The notes below the pieces were generated by a model that ran no database searches, was not told the DNA's origin, and saw only the letters and a program-made list of their open reading frames with translations. A stretch of DNA of 64,000 bases from Chloroflexota bacterium (GTDB lineage Bacteria; Chloroflexota; Limnocylindria; P2-11E). Below are positions 9,252 to 17,574 of this stretch, piece by piece (the first letter of the stretch is position 1; every line of letters begins with the position of its first letter). The stretch covers positions 17,095-81,094 of the forward strand of contig JAJYLV010000004.1 of the NCBI GenBank assembly GCA_021787445.1, read 5' to 3'. Both the position numbers and the translations under genes were made by a program.

Positions 9252-11063
9252 TTACTTGTACCAGTCCGCGATGTTCCACATCTCGGAGGCCCAGCCGTTC
9301 GGCTGCAGCCCCTTCAGGTCCTTCGAGGCGGCCGAGCTGACGTTGGTGCGGTCGACGAGCGTGATGTCGACGACATGCTCGGCGACCCACTGGTTCATCT
9401 GCTGGAAGATCACGTCGCGCTTCTCGGGGTCCGTCTCTTTCTTGCTGCTCGCCCAGAGAGCGTCGAACTGCTTGTTGCAGTAGCGCTCGTAGCCGCCGTT
9501 GTTCCAGTTGTTCGCCTTGGCGGCCATCTGGTCACACGTGTAGTTCTGGAAGAGCGCCGTCGGGTCGGGGTCGCCGCTGTTGGTGAACATCTCGACGTCC
9601 GCGTAGAACTTGTTCGCGCCGTCGGGCGCGGTGTTCGTGAAGAACGTGCTGGCCGAGCTGTTCCGCAGCGTGACGCCGAAGCCGGCCTGCTCCCAGCCCT
9701 GCTTGAGGATGGCCTGCTCCTTCTGGCGCAGGTCGTTCGTGGTGGTCTGGAAGATGATGTTGAGCTTGACGCCGTTCTTGGCGCGGACGCCGTCCGGGCC
9801 GGGGATCCAGCCGTCGTCCTGCAGCTCCTTCTTGGCCGCGTTGATGTCGAACTTGCACACGTCAGAGTTCTTGAGCGCGGGCGACACCACCGGCGGAGGT
9901 CCGGAGACGACGTCGCACGTCGGCCGGCCGGTGATCCCGCCGTAGAGCTGGGTCGCGATCGAGTCGCGGTCGCTGGCCATCGCCAGCGCGCGGCGGACGT
10001 GGGGATCGCTGAGGAACGGATGCTTGACGCCTGCTGGCCATGAGCTCGAATCGCCTTGGCCCGGCTCCGACCGCTTGTCGCCGAGCGAAGCGTCGGGGTT
10101 CGCGCGGTTCAGCAGGAGACGCTCCGTCGAGTTGCCGTACGCGGTGACCATGCGGCACTTGGCGCTCGATGCGTCCATCATCGGCTTCAGGACCGACGCC
10201 GCGACCTGCAGGTTCCACGCGTAGTCGACCTGACCGGTCTCGAAGCACGCGCGCGCCGCCGAGGTCGCGTCGCCGCCGCCCTTGAAGGTGACGGTCTTGA
10301 AGAACGGCTTGTTCGGGTCGCGGAAGTTCGGGTTCAGCGCGTAGTCGACGACGTCACCGGGCTTGAAGTCCTTGACCATGTAGGGCCCGGTGCCGATCGG
10401 CTTCAGGTTCGCGGGGCAGTTCTTGAGCGCGGCGCCGGTGCAGCTCTTGAACTGCGCCTCTTGCACGATGTCGGTGTTCTCGCCGACGCCCCACTGGTAG
10501 AAGTTCGCGTTCGGCGTCTTGTACTTCACCACGACCGTGTTCGCGTCCGGGGCCGTGACGCTGTCCACGTTGTCGCAGTAGCCGAAGGTCGAGGTGCCCG
10601 CCGTCTTGTCGCACATCAGCTTGTAGGTGAAGACGACGTCACTCGAAGAGAACGCGGATCCGTCGGACCACTTGAGGCCCGGCTTGAGCTTCCAGGTCAC
10701 GCTCGTGAGGTCCGTGGACACGCCGCCGTTGGCGACGGTCGGGATCTCGGCCGCGAGCTCCGGAACGGGCTTCGCGCTCGGGTCCCAGTCCGCGAGCGGC
10801 TCGAGCACGAGCCGGCTGGCGTCGAAGTCCTTCGTGCCCGTCGCGAGGTGCGGGTCGAGGATCGTCGGCGCTTCCCAGTACAGGATGTTGAGGTTGCCGC
10901 CCGCGCCGCGCGCCTGCTTCGGCGCGGAGCTCGCCGACGCCGCGGCGGACTGCGCCGCCGAGGGTGCCGACGAAGCCGCCGGTGCGTTCGAGCCGCACGC
11001 GGCGAGAAGGATCCCGAAGGTGCCAACGAGAGCGCTTGCGCGTTGCCAGCTGGGTATCTCCAT
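9252..11063 (-). CDS. ABC transporter substrate-binding lipoprotein, family 5 (peptide/nickel)
   Basis: SBP_bac_5-like sequence. N-terminal signal peptide with lipobox (LLAACGS). ATG at 11063 is preceded by a GGAGGAGG SD. The upstream in-frame extension is not supported. Confidence 0.85.
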   Translation of the reverse strand: MEIPSWQRASALVGTFGILLAACGSNAPAASSAPSAAQSAAASASSAPKQARGAGGNLNILYWEAPTILDPHLATGTKDFDASRLVLEPLADWDPSAKPVPELAAEIPTVANGGVSTDLTSVTWKLKPGLKWSDGSAFSSSDVVFTYKLMCDKTAGTSTFGYCDNVDSVTAPDANTVVVKYKTPNANFYQWGVGENTDIVQEAQFKSCTGAALKNCPANLKPIGTGPYMVKDFKPGDVVDYALNPNFRDPNKPFFKTVTFKGGGDATSAARACFETGQVDYAWNLQVAASVLKPMMDASSAKCRMVTAYGNSTERLLLNRANPDASLGDKRSEPGQGDSSSWPAGVKHPFLSDPHVRRALAMASDRDSIATQLYGGITGRPTCDVVSGPPPVVSPALKNSDVCKFDINAAKKELQDDGWIPGPDGVRAKNGVKLNIIFQTTTNDLRQKEQAILKQGWEQAGFGVTLRNSSASTFFTNTAPDGANKFYADVEMFTNSGDPDPTALFQNYTCDQMAAKANNWNNGGYERYCNKQFDALWASSKKETDPEKRDVIFQQMNQWVAEHVVDITLVDRTNVSSAASKDLKGLQPNGWASEMWNIADWYK

Positions 11064-11318
11064 GCCTCCTCCTAAATCCGCTCGCTCTCCCGACCACGTG
11101 TGCATCGCATCGACCCCATCCCGACGGCCGGAAGTGTCGGCAAGGTATACCGCGCTCACCACTTCCGCAACACGGAAGATCGCGGAAGGCACGGTGAACC
11201 TCGGTCGCGGAGCGGCGGTAGTCGTCAGTGCAGCGGGCGCTTTGCGTACCGCGATAAGCGCGCCGATGCGTGCGTGTGCGCGTGCGTCAGGGGCGGGGAG
11301 GCGCAGCCGAGCGGGCCC

Positions 11319-13751
11319 TTACGAGGCCCGGACGGTCGCCCCGAAGCGATGGAGCAGGCGCGCTTCGATCTTCCCGACCGAGCGCTCCACGTCCGCATCC
11401 GAGAGCGTCCCGCTCCGAGAGCGGAACGTGAGACGGACAGCGAAGCTCTTCTTTCCGGCGGGGATCTGCGCCCCGCGGTAGAGGTCGCGGAGCGCGACGT
11501 CCTCGAGTCCGCCCTTGACCCCGACGGCACGTATGTCGGTCTCGATCTCGAGCCACGCCGCCGCCTCGTCCACGACGAAGGCCAGGTCGCGCCACGCCGA
11601 CGGATAGCGCGGGGGCGCCGTGGCGGCGTTCGGCCGGCCGGACGCCAGCAGCAGCGCGAGGTCGACCTCCGCGACGAACGTCGCCTCCGGCAGCTCCCAC
11701 ATCTCGGCGACGCGCGGATGGAGCTGCCCGGCGACGACGGCGTCGCGTCCGTCGTCGACGATGCGCCACGACCGTCCCGGATGCAGCCCGGGAGCGCCCC
11801 GCTCCATCGTGCCGCGCCCCGACCGCGTCGCCCGATGCAGCGCGTCGACGATCCCTTCCAGGTCGAGAACGTCGAAGACGCGCTCCGGCGTGAGCCAGGT
11901 CTCGCCTTCGCGCACCGGCTCGGCGAGCCCCGCCAGCGCGATCCCGATGGTCCAGCGCTCCTCTGGCAGGTCGCCGGGCCGCGGCAGGTAGATGGGATCG
12001 ATCTCGAAGATCGCGAGGCCGCGACGGGTCTTCATGTTGCGGCTCGCGGTGTCGAGGAGGCTGGCGCGCAGGGTCGGGCGCAGGATCGCCTGCTGCGCGC
12101 TCGTCGGGTTCGTCACGCGGAGCGGCTCCGGCGCGAGAGGCGACCCGTCGGGCGTGAGGCGTGAGAGCCACTCCTCGTCGACGAGCGCGTACGAGATCGT
12201 CTCCTGGAGACCGGACCCGACCAGAGCGTCGCGCACGCGCTCGCGCATGACCTCGAGGGGGTGACGCTCGTGGAGCGGGAGGACGCCGGTCGGCTGCCGC
12301 GTCGGGATGCGGTCATAGCCGACGATCCGGGCGACCTCCTCGACGATGTCCTCAGGGATGGCGATGTCGGTCCGGATCGAGGGGGGCGTGACGACGAGCT
12401 GGTCGCCCAGCTCGGCGTAGGCGAAGCCGAGGCGGCGGAGGGCGTCGCCCGCCTCGTCGCGCCCGATGTCCGCGCCGAGGACGCGCCCGATGTCGCTGAA
12501 GCGCAGCTTCACGTTCGGCACCTGCCGCGGCCGGGGGTAGACGTCGACGGCGCCGACGAGCGTCGCGCCCGCGACCTCACGCAGGAGGTGAACGGCGCGC
12601 GCGAGACCGACCGGCGGAAGCTCCGGACTGAGGTCGAGGCTGAATCGCCGCGCCGCGGCGCTCCCGCTCGACCCCGACAGACCGTGCGCCTCCGCCGTCC
12701 TCCGCGTCCGCCGCGGCTCGAACGACGCCGCCTCGAGCGCGATCGTCGTCGTCGTCTCGCGGATCTCCGAGTCCTCGCCGCCCATGATCCCGGCGAGGCC
12801 GAGGACGCTCTCCTCGTCGGCGATGACGAGGTCCGACGGGCGGAGGATCCGCTCCACGCCGTCGAGGGTGCGCAGCGTCTCGCCCGGACGCGCGAGCCGC
12901 GCCGCCAGCAGGTGGCCGCTCAGACGCTCGGCGTCGTAGGCGTGCAGGGGCTGGCCGACCTCGAGCATCACGTAATTCGTGACGTCCACGACGTTGCTGA
13001 TGGGGCGCATGCCGGCGGCCGCCAGGCGCTGCTGCATCCACTGCGGCGACGGCCCCATGCGCACCCCGGTGAGGTACGCCGCGGTGAACCGCGGGCACGC
13101 CTCGTCGTCCTCCGTCCGCACGGTCAGGAGCGAGGGGTCGAGGTGGTGCGCGAGCGGCTCCAGGGGCGGCGCGCGGAAGTCCGTCGCCAGGATCGCCGCG
13201 GCCTCCCGCGCGATGCCCGTCAGGGAGAGCGCGTCCGGACGGTTCGGGGCGATCTCCAGCTGGATGACCGTCTCGCCGAGGACGTCGCGCAGCGGTGCGC
13301 CGACCGGGGCGGCGGGGTCGAGCAGCATGATCCCCTCGTGGTCGGGCCCGATCCCGAGCTCGAGCTCCGAGAGGACCATCCCGGCGCTCACGATCCCCCG
13401 CATCTTCCGAGGCTCGAGCGCCTTCACGCGGCCGGCGTGCGGGTCGAACAGCATGGCACCGGCTTCGGCGTAGGGGACGATCGCCCCGGTGGCCAGGTTC
13501 GGCGCTCCGGTCACGACGGTGGTGACCCGCCCCTCGCCGTACGAGACGGTCGCGAGGAGCAGCTTGTCGGCGTCGGGATGCTTCCGCAGCTCCTCGACGC
13601 GGCCCACCCACACGTTCTCCCAGCTCCACGTCCGCTCGACGTGGTCGACCTCCATCCCGGCCATGTGCAGCCTCTCGGCGAGCTCCGACGGCGGGACCCG
13701 GACGTCGACGTACTCGCGCAGCCACGACACCGGCACACGAAGGGACGGCAT
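11319..13751 (-). CDS. pheT: phenylalanyl-tRNA synthetase beta subunit
   Basis: MPSLRVPVSWLREYV N-terminus plus tRNA-binding, B3/B4 and B5 domains. The start overlaps the pheS stop (TAATG). The track's upstream extension (1045 aa) is junk. Confidence 0.9.
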   Translation of the reverse strand: MPSLRVPVSWLREYVDVRVPPSELAERLHMAGMEVDHVERTWSWENVWVGRVEELRKHPDADKLLLATVSYGEGRVTTVVTGAPNLATGAIVPYAEAGAMLFDPHAGRVKALEPRKMRGIVSAGMVLSELELGIGPDHEGIMLLDPAAPVGAPLRDVLGETVIQLEIAPNRPDALSLTGIAREAAAILATDFRAPPLEPLAHHLDPSLLTVRTEDDEACPRFTAAYLTGVRMGPSPQWMQQRLAAAGMRPISNVVDVTNYVMLEVGQPLHAYDAERLSGHLLAARLARPGETLRTLDGVERILRPSDLVIADEESVLGLAGIMGGEDSEIRETTTTIALEAASFEPRRTRRTAEAHGLSGSSGSAAARRFSLDLSPELPPVGLARAVHLLREVAGATLVGAVDVYPRPRQVPNVKLRFSDIGRVLGADIGRDEAGDALRRLGFAYAELGDQLVVTPPSIRTDIAIPEDIVEEVARIVGYDRIPTRQPTGVLPLHERHPLEVMRERVRDALVGSGLQETISYALVDEEWLSRLTPDGSPLAPEPLRVTNPTSAQQAILRPTLRASLLDTASRNMKTRRGLAIFEIDPIYLPRPGDLPEERWTIGIALAGLAEPVREGETWLTPERVFDVLDLEGIVDALHRATRSGRGTMERGAPGLHPGRSWRIVDDGRDAVVAGQLHPRVAEMWELPEATFVAEVDLALLLASGRPNAATAPPRYPSAWRDLAFVVDEAAAWLEIETDIRAVGVKGGLEDVALRDLYRGAQIPAGKKSFAVRLTFRSRSGTLSDADVERSVGKIEARLLHRFGATVRAS

Positions 13752-14884
13752 TACAGGCTCTCCAGGTACCGCAGGTCGTTCTGGTGGAAAAGGCGGATGT
13801 CGGGGGTGCCCGTCAGCAGCATGGCGAGCCGCTCGACGCCTCCGCCGAACGCGAAGCCCTGCACCTTCGCCGGGTCGTAGCCCACACGGCGCAGCGCCTC
13901 CGGGTGGACCATCCCGCAGCCCGCGGCCTCGATCCAGCCCGAGCCGCCGCACGTCGCGCAGCGGCCGGCGTCGGTCGTCCCCGATCCTTCGCAGACGAAG
14001 CAGTCGAACGCGATCTCGGCCGAGGGCTCGGTGAACGGGAAGTAGTCGGGACGGAAGCGCACTCTGCGCTCCCCGCCGAAGAGCTGCCGCGCGAAGGAGT
14101 ACAGGACGCCCTTGAGGTCGGCCATCGACAGCTGCTCGTCGATCGCCAGCCCTTCGTACTGGAAGAACACGCTCTCGTGCGTCGCGTCCGTCGCCTCGAA
14201 CCGGTAGCACCGGCCGGGCACGACGACGCGCACCGGGGGCCGTCGCTGCTCCATGACCCGGATCTGCATCGGCGAGGTGTGCGTCCGCAGCAGCATCGGC
14301 TGTTTCCGCCCCGCGTCGACGATCGTGCGCCCCGAGCCCGTCGCCGCCAGCGCGACCTCCATCGTTCCCTCGGCGTTGACCCACAGCGTGCTGAACTTGT
14401 CGCGCGCCGGATGACCCGGCGGGATGTTGAGGGCCTCGAAGTTGTAGTAATCCCACTCGACCTCGGGGCCCTCGATCGCCTCGAAGCCCATCCCGGCGAA
14501 GATGCGGGTTATCTCGCGGATGGTGCGCGAGATCGGGTGGTAGCGCCCGACACGGACGCGCCGCGGCGGCAGCGTGAGGTCGACGGCGCCCCCCGCGATG
14601 TCACGCGCGAGCGCCGCCTCGCGGAGGTCCGCCCCGCGCCGCTCGAGCGCGGCCTCGATCCTCTCGCGCGCCGCGTTCGCCGCGGCGCCGAAGGCGGGGC
14701 GCTGGTCCGCGGGCAGCGACGGCAGCGTCTTGAGCGCCTTCGTGATCTCGCCCTCGCGCCGACCGACGTAGCGGACGCGTAGCGCGTCGAGCGCGGCCTC
14801 GTCCGCCGCCGCCGCGATCTCCCGCTCGGCCGTGGCTGCCAGGTCCGCCAGGTCGCTCAGCGCGATCGTCACCTTCCGCTCCAA
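13751..14884 (-). CDS. pheS: phenylalanyl-tRNA synthetase alpha subunit
   Basis: Class II aaRS core (FRPDYFPFTEPSAEIAF, GSGWIEAAGCGMVHP). The start is TTG at 14884, or GTG at about 14872 which has a GGAGCGGAAG SD. Confidence 0.9.
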   Translation of the reverse strand: MERKVTIALSDLADLAATAEREIAAAADEAALDALRVRYVGRREGEITKALKTLPSLPADQRPAFGAAANAARERIEAALERRGADLREAALARDIAGGAVDLTLPPRRVRVGRYHPISRTIREITRIFAGMGFEAIEGPEVEWDYYNFEALNIPPGHPARDKFSTLWVNAEGTMEVALAATGSGRTIVDAGRKQPMLLRTHTSPMQIRVMEQRRPPVRVVVPGRCYRFEATDATHESVFFQYEGLAIDEQLSMADLKGVLYSFARQLFGGERRVRFRPDYFPFTEPSAEIAFDCFVCEGSGTTDAGRCATCGGSGWIEAAGCGMVHPEALRRVGYDPAKVQGFAFGGGVERLAMLLTGTPDIRLFHQNDLRYLESL

Positions 14885-14888
14885 GAGA

Positions 14889-14921
14889 AAGGCCCGCCCT
14901 TCGTCACGAAGGGCGGGCCGT
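14889..14921 (-). terminator. rho-independent terminator-like hairpin between rplT and pheS
   Basis: Perfect 13-bp stem GGCCCGCCCTTCG/CGAAGGGCGGGCC with a 3-nt loop, followed on the minus strand by UUUCUCUU. Confidence 0.7.
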
Positions 14922-14944
14922 CATCGCCACGAAAGAGGCGCTCC

Positions 14945-15322
14945 CTACGAGCGCTCGGCCTGCCCGGTAAAGGACCCGTCCTTGATCATCTCGACGTAGC
15001 GCCGGAACACCTTCGGGTCGCGGACGGCCATGTCCGCGAGGACCTTGCGGTCGAGCTGGACGCCCGCGGCGCGCATCGCCGCCATCAGCCGGCTGTAGGA
15101 GACGCCCGCCTCGCGCGAGGCGGCGTTGATGCGGGCGATCCACAGGGCGCGGAACTGCCCCTTCCGCGCGCGGCGGTCGCGGAGCGCGTACGCGAGGGCG
15201 TGGAGCGCGGCCTCGCGGGCCGGGCGGACCAGCTTGCGCTTCGCCCCGCGCCGGCCTTCGCCCTGCTCGAGGAGCTTCTTGTGCTTCTTGTGTGCGGCGA
15301 CGCCGCGCTTCACACGTGCCAT
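14945..15322 (-). CDS. rplT: 50S ribosomal protein L20
   Basis: MARVKRGVAAHKKHKKLLEQ... is typical bL20. Confidence 0.95.
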   Translation of the reverse strand: MARVKRGVAAHKKHKKLLEQGEGRRGAKRKLVRPAREAALHALAYALRDRRARKGQFRALWIARINAASREAGVSYSRLMAAMRAAGVQLDRKVLADMAVRDPKVFRRYVEMIKDGSFTGQAERS

Positions 15323-15337
15323 CGGACGATCCTTCTC

Positions 15338-15535
15338 CTAGTGCCCGGGCAGGAGCTTCCGCACGAGCGCGAGGTCGCCCTTTGCCACGAGCGACTTGCC
15401 CTGGTGCCGGCGCTTCCGGGCGGGGTCCTTGTGCTGGTTGAGATGCCCCTTGTAGGCCTTCGCGCGCCGCAGCTTCCCGCGGCCGGTCACCTCGAACCGC
15501 TTCTTCGCCCCGCTGTGGCTCCTGATCTTCGGCAT
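15338..15535 (-). CDS. rpmI: 50S ribosomal protein L35
   Basis: MPKIRSHSGAKKRFEVTGRGKLRRAKAYKGH, 65 aa. C-terminal part of a longer track ORF. Confidence 0.9.
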   Translation of the reverse strand: MPKIRSHSGAKKRFEVTGRGKLRRAKAYKGHLNQHKDPARKRRHQGKSLVAKGDLALVRKLLPGH

Positions 15536-15614
15536 CTGCCTCCCTCGTCGCACCTGCCGCGCGCGCGGACACGCGCTCGTCGGCGGGTGAAGGAGCCAGT
15601 GTAGGGGATGCGGC

Positions 15615-16337
15615 CTACGCGGGCCGCTGCGTGCGCGCGGGAGCCGGACGCGGTGGGGCTGGGCGGATCGTCCCCGGCGTCGCCGGCGTGGGACGCGCCG
15701 CCGGAGCGGACGCGGGACGAGGCGCCGCTGCGACGGGGCGCGGGGCGGCGCTCGCCACGGCGGCGGGGGGGCGCGGGGCCGGAGCAGCGGGGCGCGCCGG
15801 GGCTGACGGTGCGGGCGCCGCGGGCGCCGCACCGCGCACCGGATTCATGACCATGATCATCTGGCGGCCCTCGAGGAGGGGCGGCCTCTCGACGACGGCG
15901 ACCTCCTTCAGGCGATCGGCCATCTCGAGGAGCAGCACTCGCCCGCGCTCGGGATGCGCGAGCTCCCGTCCGCGGAACCGGACGACGAGCTTCATCTTGT
16001 CGCCGTGCTGAAGGAGCCGCGATGCGGTCTTGATCTTCGTGTCGAGGTCGTGCTCGTCGATCTTCGGAGCGATGCGGACCTCTTTCCACGTCACCTTCTG
16101 CTGCTTCTTCTTGGCCTCGCGCTCCTTCTGCTGGTTCTCGTAGCGCAGCTTGCCGTAGTCCCCGACCCGGCACACGGGGGGCACGGCGTTCGGCGCGACC
16201 TCGATGAGGTCGAGCCCCTCGCTCTGGGCGAGGGCCAGCGCGCGCGGCGTCGGGACGACGCCAAGCTGCTGACCGTCCGCTCCGAAGAGCCGGACGTTGG
16301 GGACGCGGATCTGGTCGTTGATCCGGAGCTCGGCTAT
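15615..16337 (-). CDS. infC: translation initiation factor IF-3 with a Pro/Ala-rich C-terminal extension; probable non-AUG (AUA) start
   Basis: IF3 N domain (IAELRINDQIRVPNVRLFGADGQQLGVV...GLDLIEVAPNAVPPVCRVGDYGK) and C domain (KEVRIAPKIDEHDLDTKIK...EGRQMIMV). No in-frame ATG/GTG/TTG is available, so the candidate start is ATA at 16337 with GGAAGAG upstream. Confidence 0.8.
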   Translation of the reverse strand: MAELRINDQIRVPNVRLFGADGQQLGVVPTPRALALAQSEGLDLIEVAPNAVPPVCRVGDYGKLRYENQQKEREAKKKQQKVTWKEVRIAPKIDEHDLDTKIKTASRLLQHGDKMKLVVRFRGRELAHPERGRVLLLEMADRLKEVAVVERPPLLEGRQMIMVMNPVRGAAPAAPAPSAPARPAAPAPRPPAAVASAAPRPVAAAPRPASAPAARPTPATPGTIRPAPPRPAPARTQRPA

Positions 16338-16431
16338 GAAGACACGCTCTTCCGCAGGCGGATCAGACGAGCTCCTCGGAGCAGAGATGCATCGACCGCT
16401 CAGAGTCTAGCAGCGCACGCGGTGCGCACCT

Positions 16432-17574
16432 CTAGCGCCGCCTGAGCCGCTCCTCGAGGCGCGCTCGCACGTCCGGCCACTCGCGATCGACGATCGAGTA
16501 GTAGCAGGCATCGCGGACGGTGCCGTTCGGCTGGATCCGCTCGTTCCGAATGACCCCGTCGAGCGTCGCCCCGATACGCTGGATGGCGCGCCGCGACCGC
16601 TCGTTCCGCACGTCGGTCTTCAGCCAGACACGGATCGCGCCGAGGTCGAACGCGTTCCGCAGCTGGAGGTACTTAGCCTCGGTATTCGCGGCCGTCCGGC
16701 GTGCCGATGCCGTCAGCATCGTCCAGCCGATCTCGACGGACCGATCCGGCCGGTCGATCGCGCCGTATCGCGTCGTGCCGATGACGGCGCCGTCGCTCGC
16801 GCGCCGCGTGATCCACGGCATGTGCTCGCCGCGTATCTGGAGGTCCAGTGCCGAGCGGACGTAGCGCTCGATGTCGGCGACCGACGCCGGCGGTTCCGTG
16901 CCGAGCCACGTCCAGATGCCGGGCTCGCGGACCGCCTCGTAGAGCGCCGCCGCGTGCTCCATGCGCAGGGGCTCGAGGACGACGTGCTCGCCGCGGAGGA
17001 CGATCGGGCGCGGATCGAACGCCGGGCGGACGCGGCCCGCGATGTACGCCATGCGCACGTCGTCCACGAAGATCCCGCGGTCGGTGAGGACCGCGTCGCG
17101 CTCGATGCCCTCGACCTCGAACCCGCACGCCTTGTACGAGGCGATGGCGCGGTCGTTGAAGGAGAGGACGCTCAGCGAGATGCGATGCGCGCCGAGGTCC
17201 TCGGTGAGGTGCCGGACGAGCGTGCCGAGCGCGTCGCGGCCCAGTCCGCGGGACCACAGCGCCGGCTCGCCGATCCCGATGCCGATCTCGGCGCTTCGCG
17301 GCTTGGGCCGCCAGTCGCGGTAGTTGGCGGATCCGACGGCCCGCCCCTCGTGCTCGATGACGAACAGCCGGCCGTCGGGCTCGACGAAACGCGCCATGAA
17401 GGCGACGGCCGCTTCCTGGTCCGGGAAGCGCCCGGGCGAGCGTCCCCACTGCATCCAGGCGAACTCCGGCACGGCGGCCCAGCGCACGAAGTCCGTCGCG
17501 TCGGCGTCACGCGCGGGGCGCAGCCTCACCCGCTCGCCGGCGAGGACGGGCTGCGGCAGCGTGCCCGCGCTCAC
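16432..17574 (-). CDS. tandem GNAT N-acetyltransferase (two RimL/RimJ-like GNAT domains)
   Basis: Two GNAT folds with acetyl-CoA-binding motifs (RGLGRDALG..., and the second domain). GTG start overlaps the thrS stop (GTGA). The upstream 120-aa extension is not supported. Confidence 0.75.
   Translation of the reverse strand: MSAGTLPQPVLAGERVRLRPARDADATDFVRWAAVPEFAWMQWGRSPGRFPDQEAAVAFMARFVEPDGRLFVIEHEGRAVGSANYRDWRPKPRSAEIGIGIGEPALWSRGLGRDALGTLVRHLTEDLGAHRISLSVLSFNDRAIASYKACGFEVEGIERDAVLTDRGIFVDDVRMAYIAGRVRPAFDPRPIVLRGEHVVLEPLRMEHAAALYEAVREPGIWTWLGTEPPASVADIERYVRSALDLQIRGEHMPWITRRASDGAVIGTTRYGAIDRPDRSVEIGWTMLTASARRTAANTEAKYLQLRNAFDLGAIRVWLKTDVRNERSRRAIQRIGATLDGVIRNERIQPNGTVRDACYYSIVDREWPDVRARLEERLRRR

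Noticed and set aside
11319-14456. N-terminal extensions of track ORFs (pheT as 1045 aa, mpg as 482 aa, SBP, GNAT, FolE, lipoprotein and others)
   Set aside because: Homology begins far downstream, exactly at a start codon that overlaps or abuts the upstream gene's stop. The extensions are Arg/Gly/Pro-rich and unsupported.
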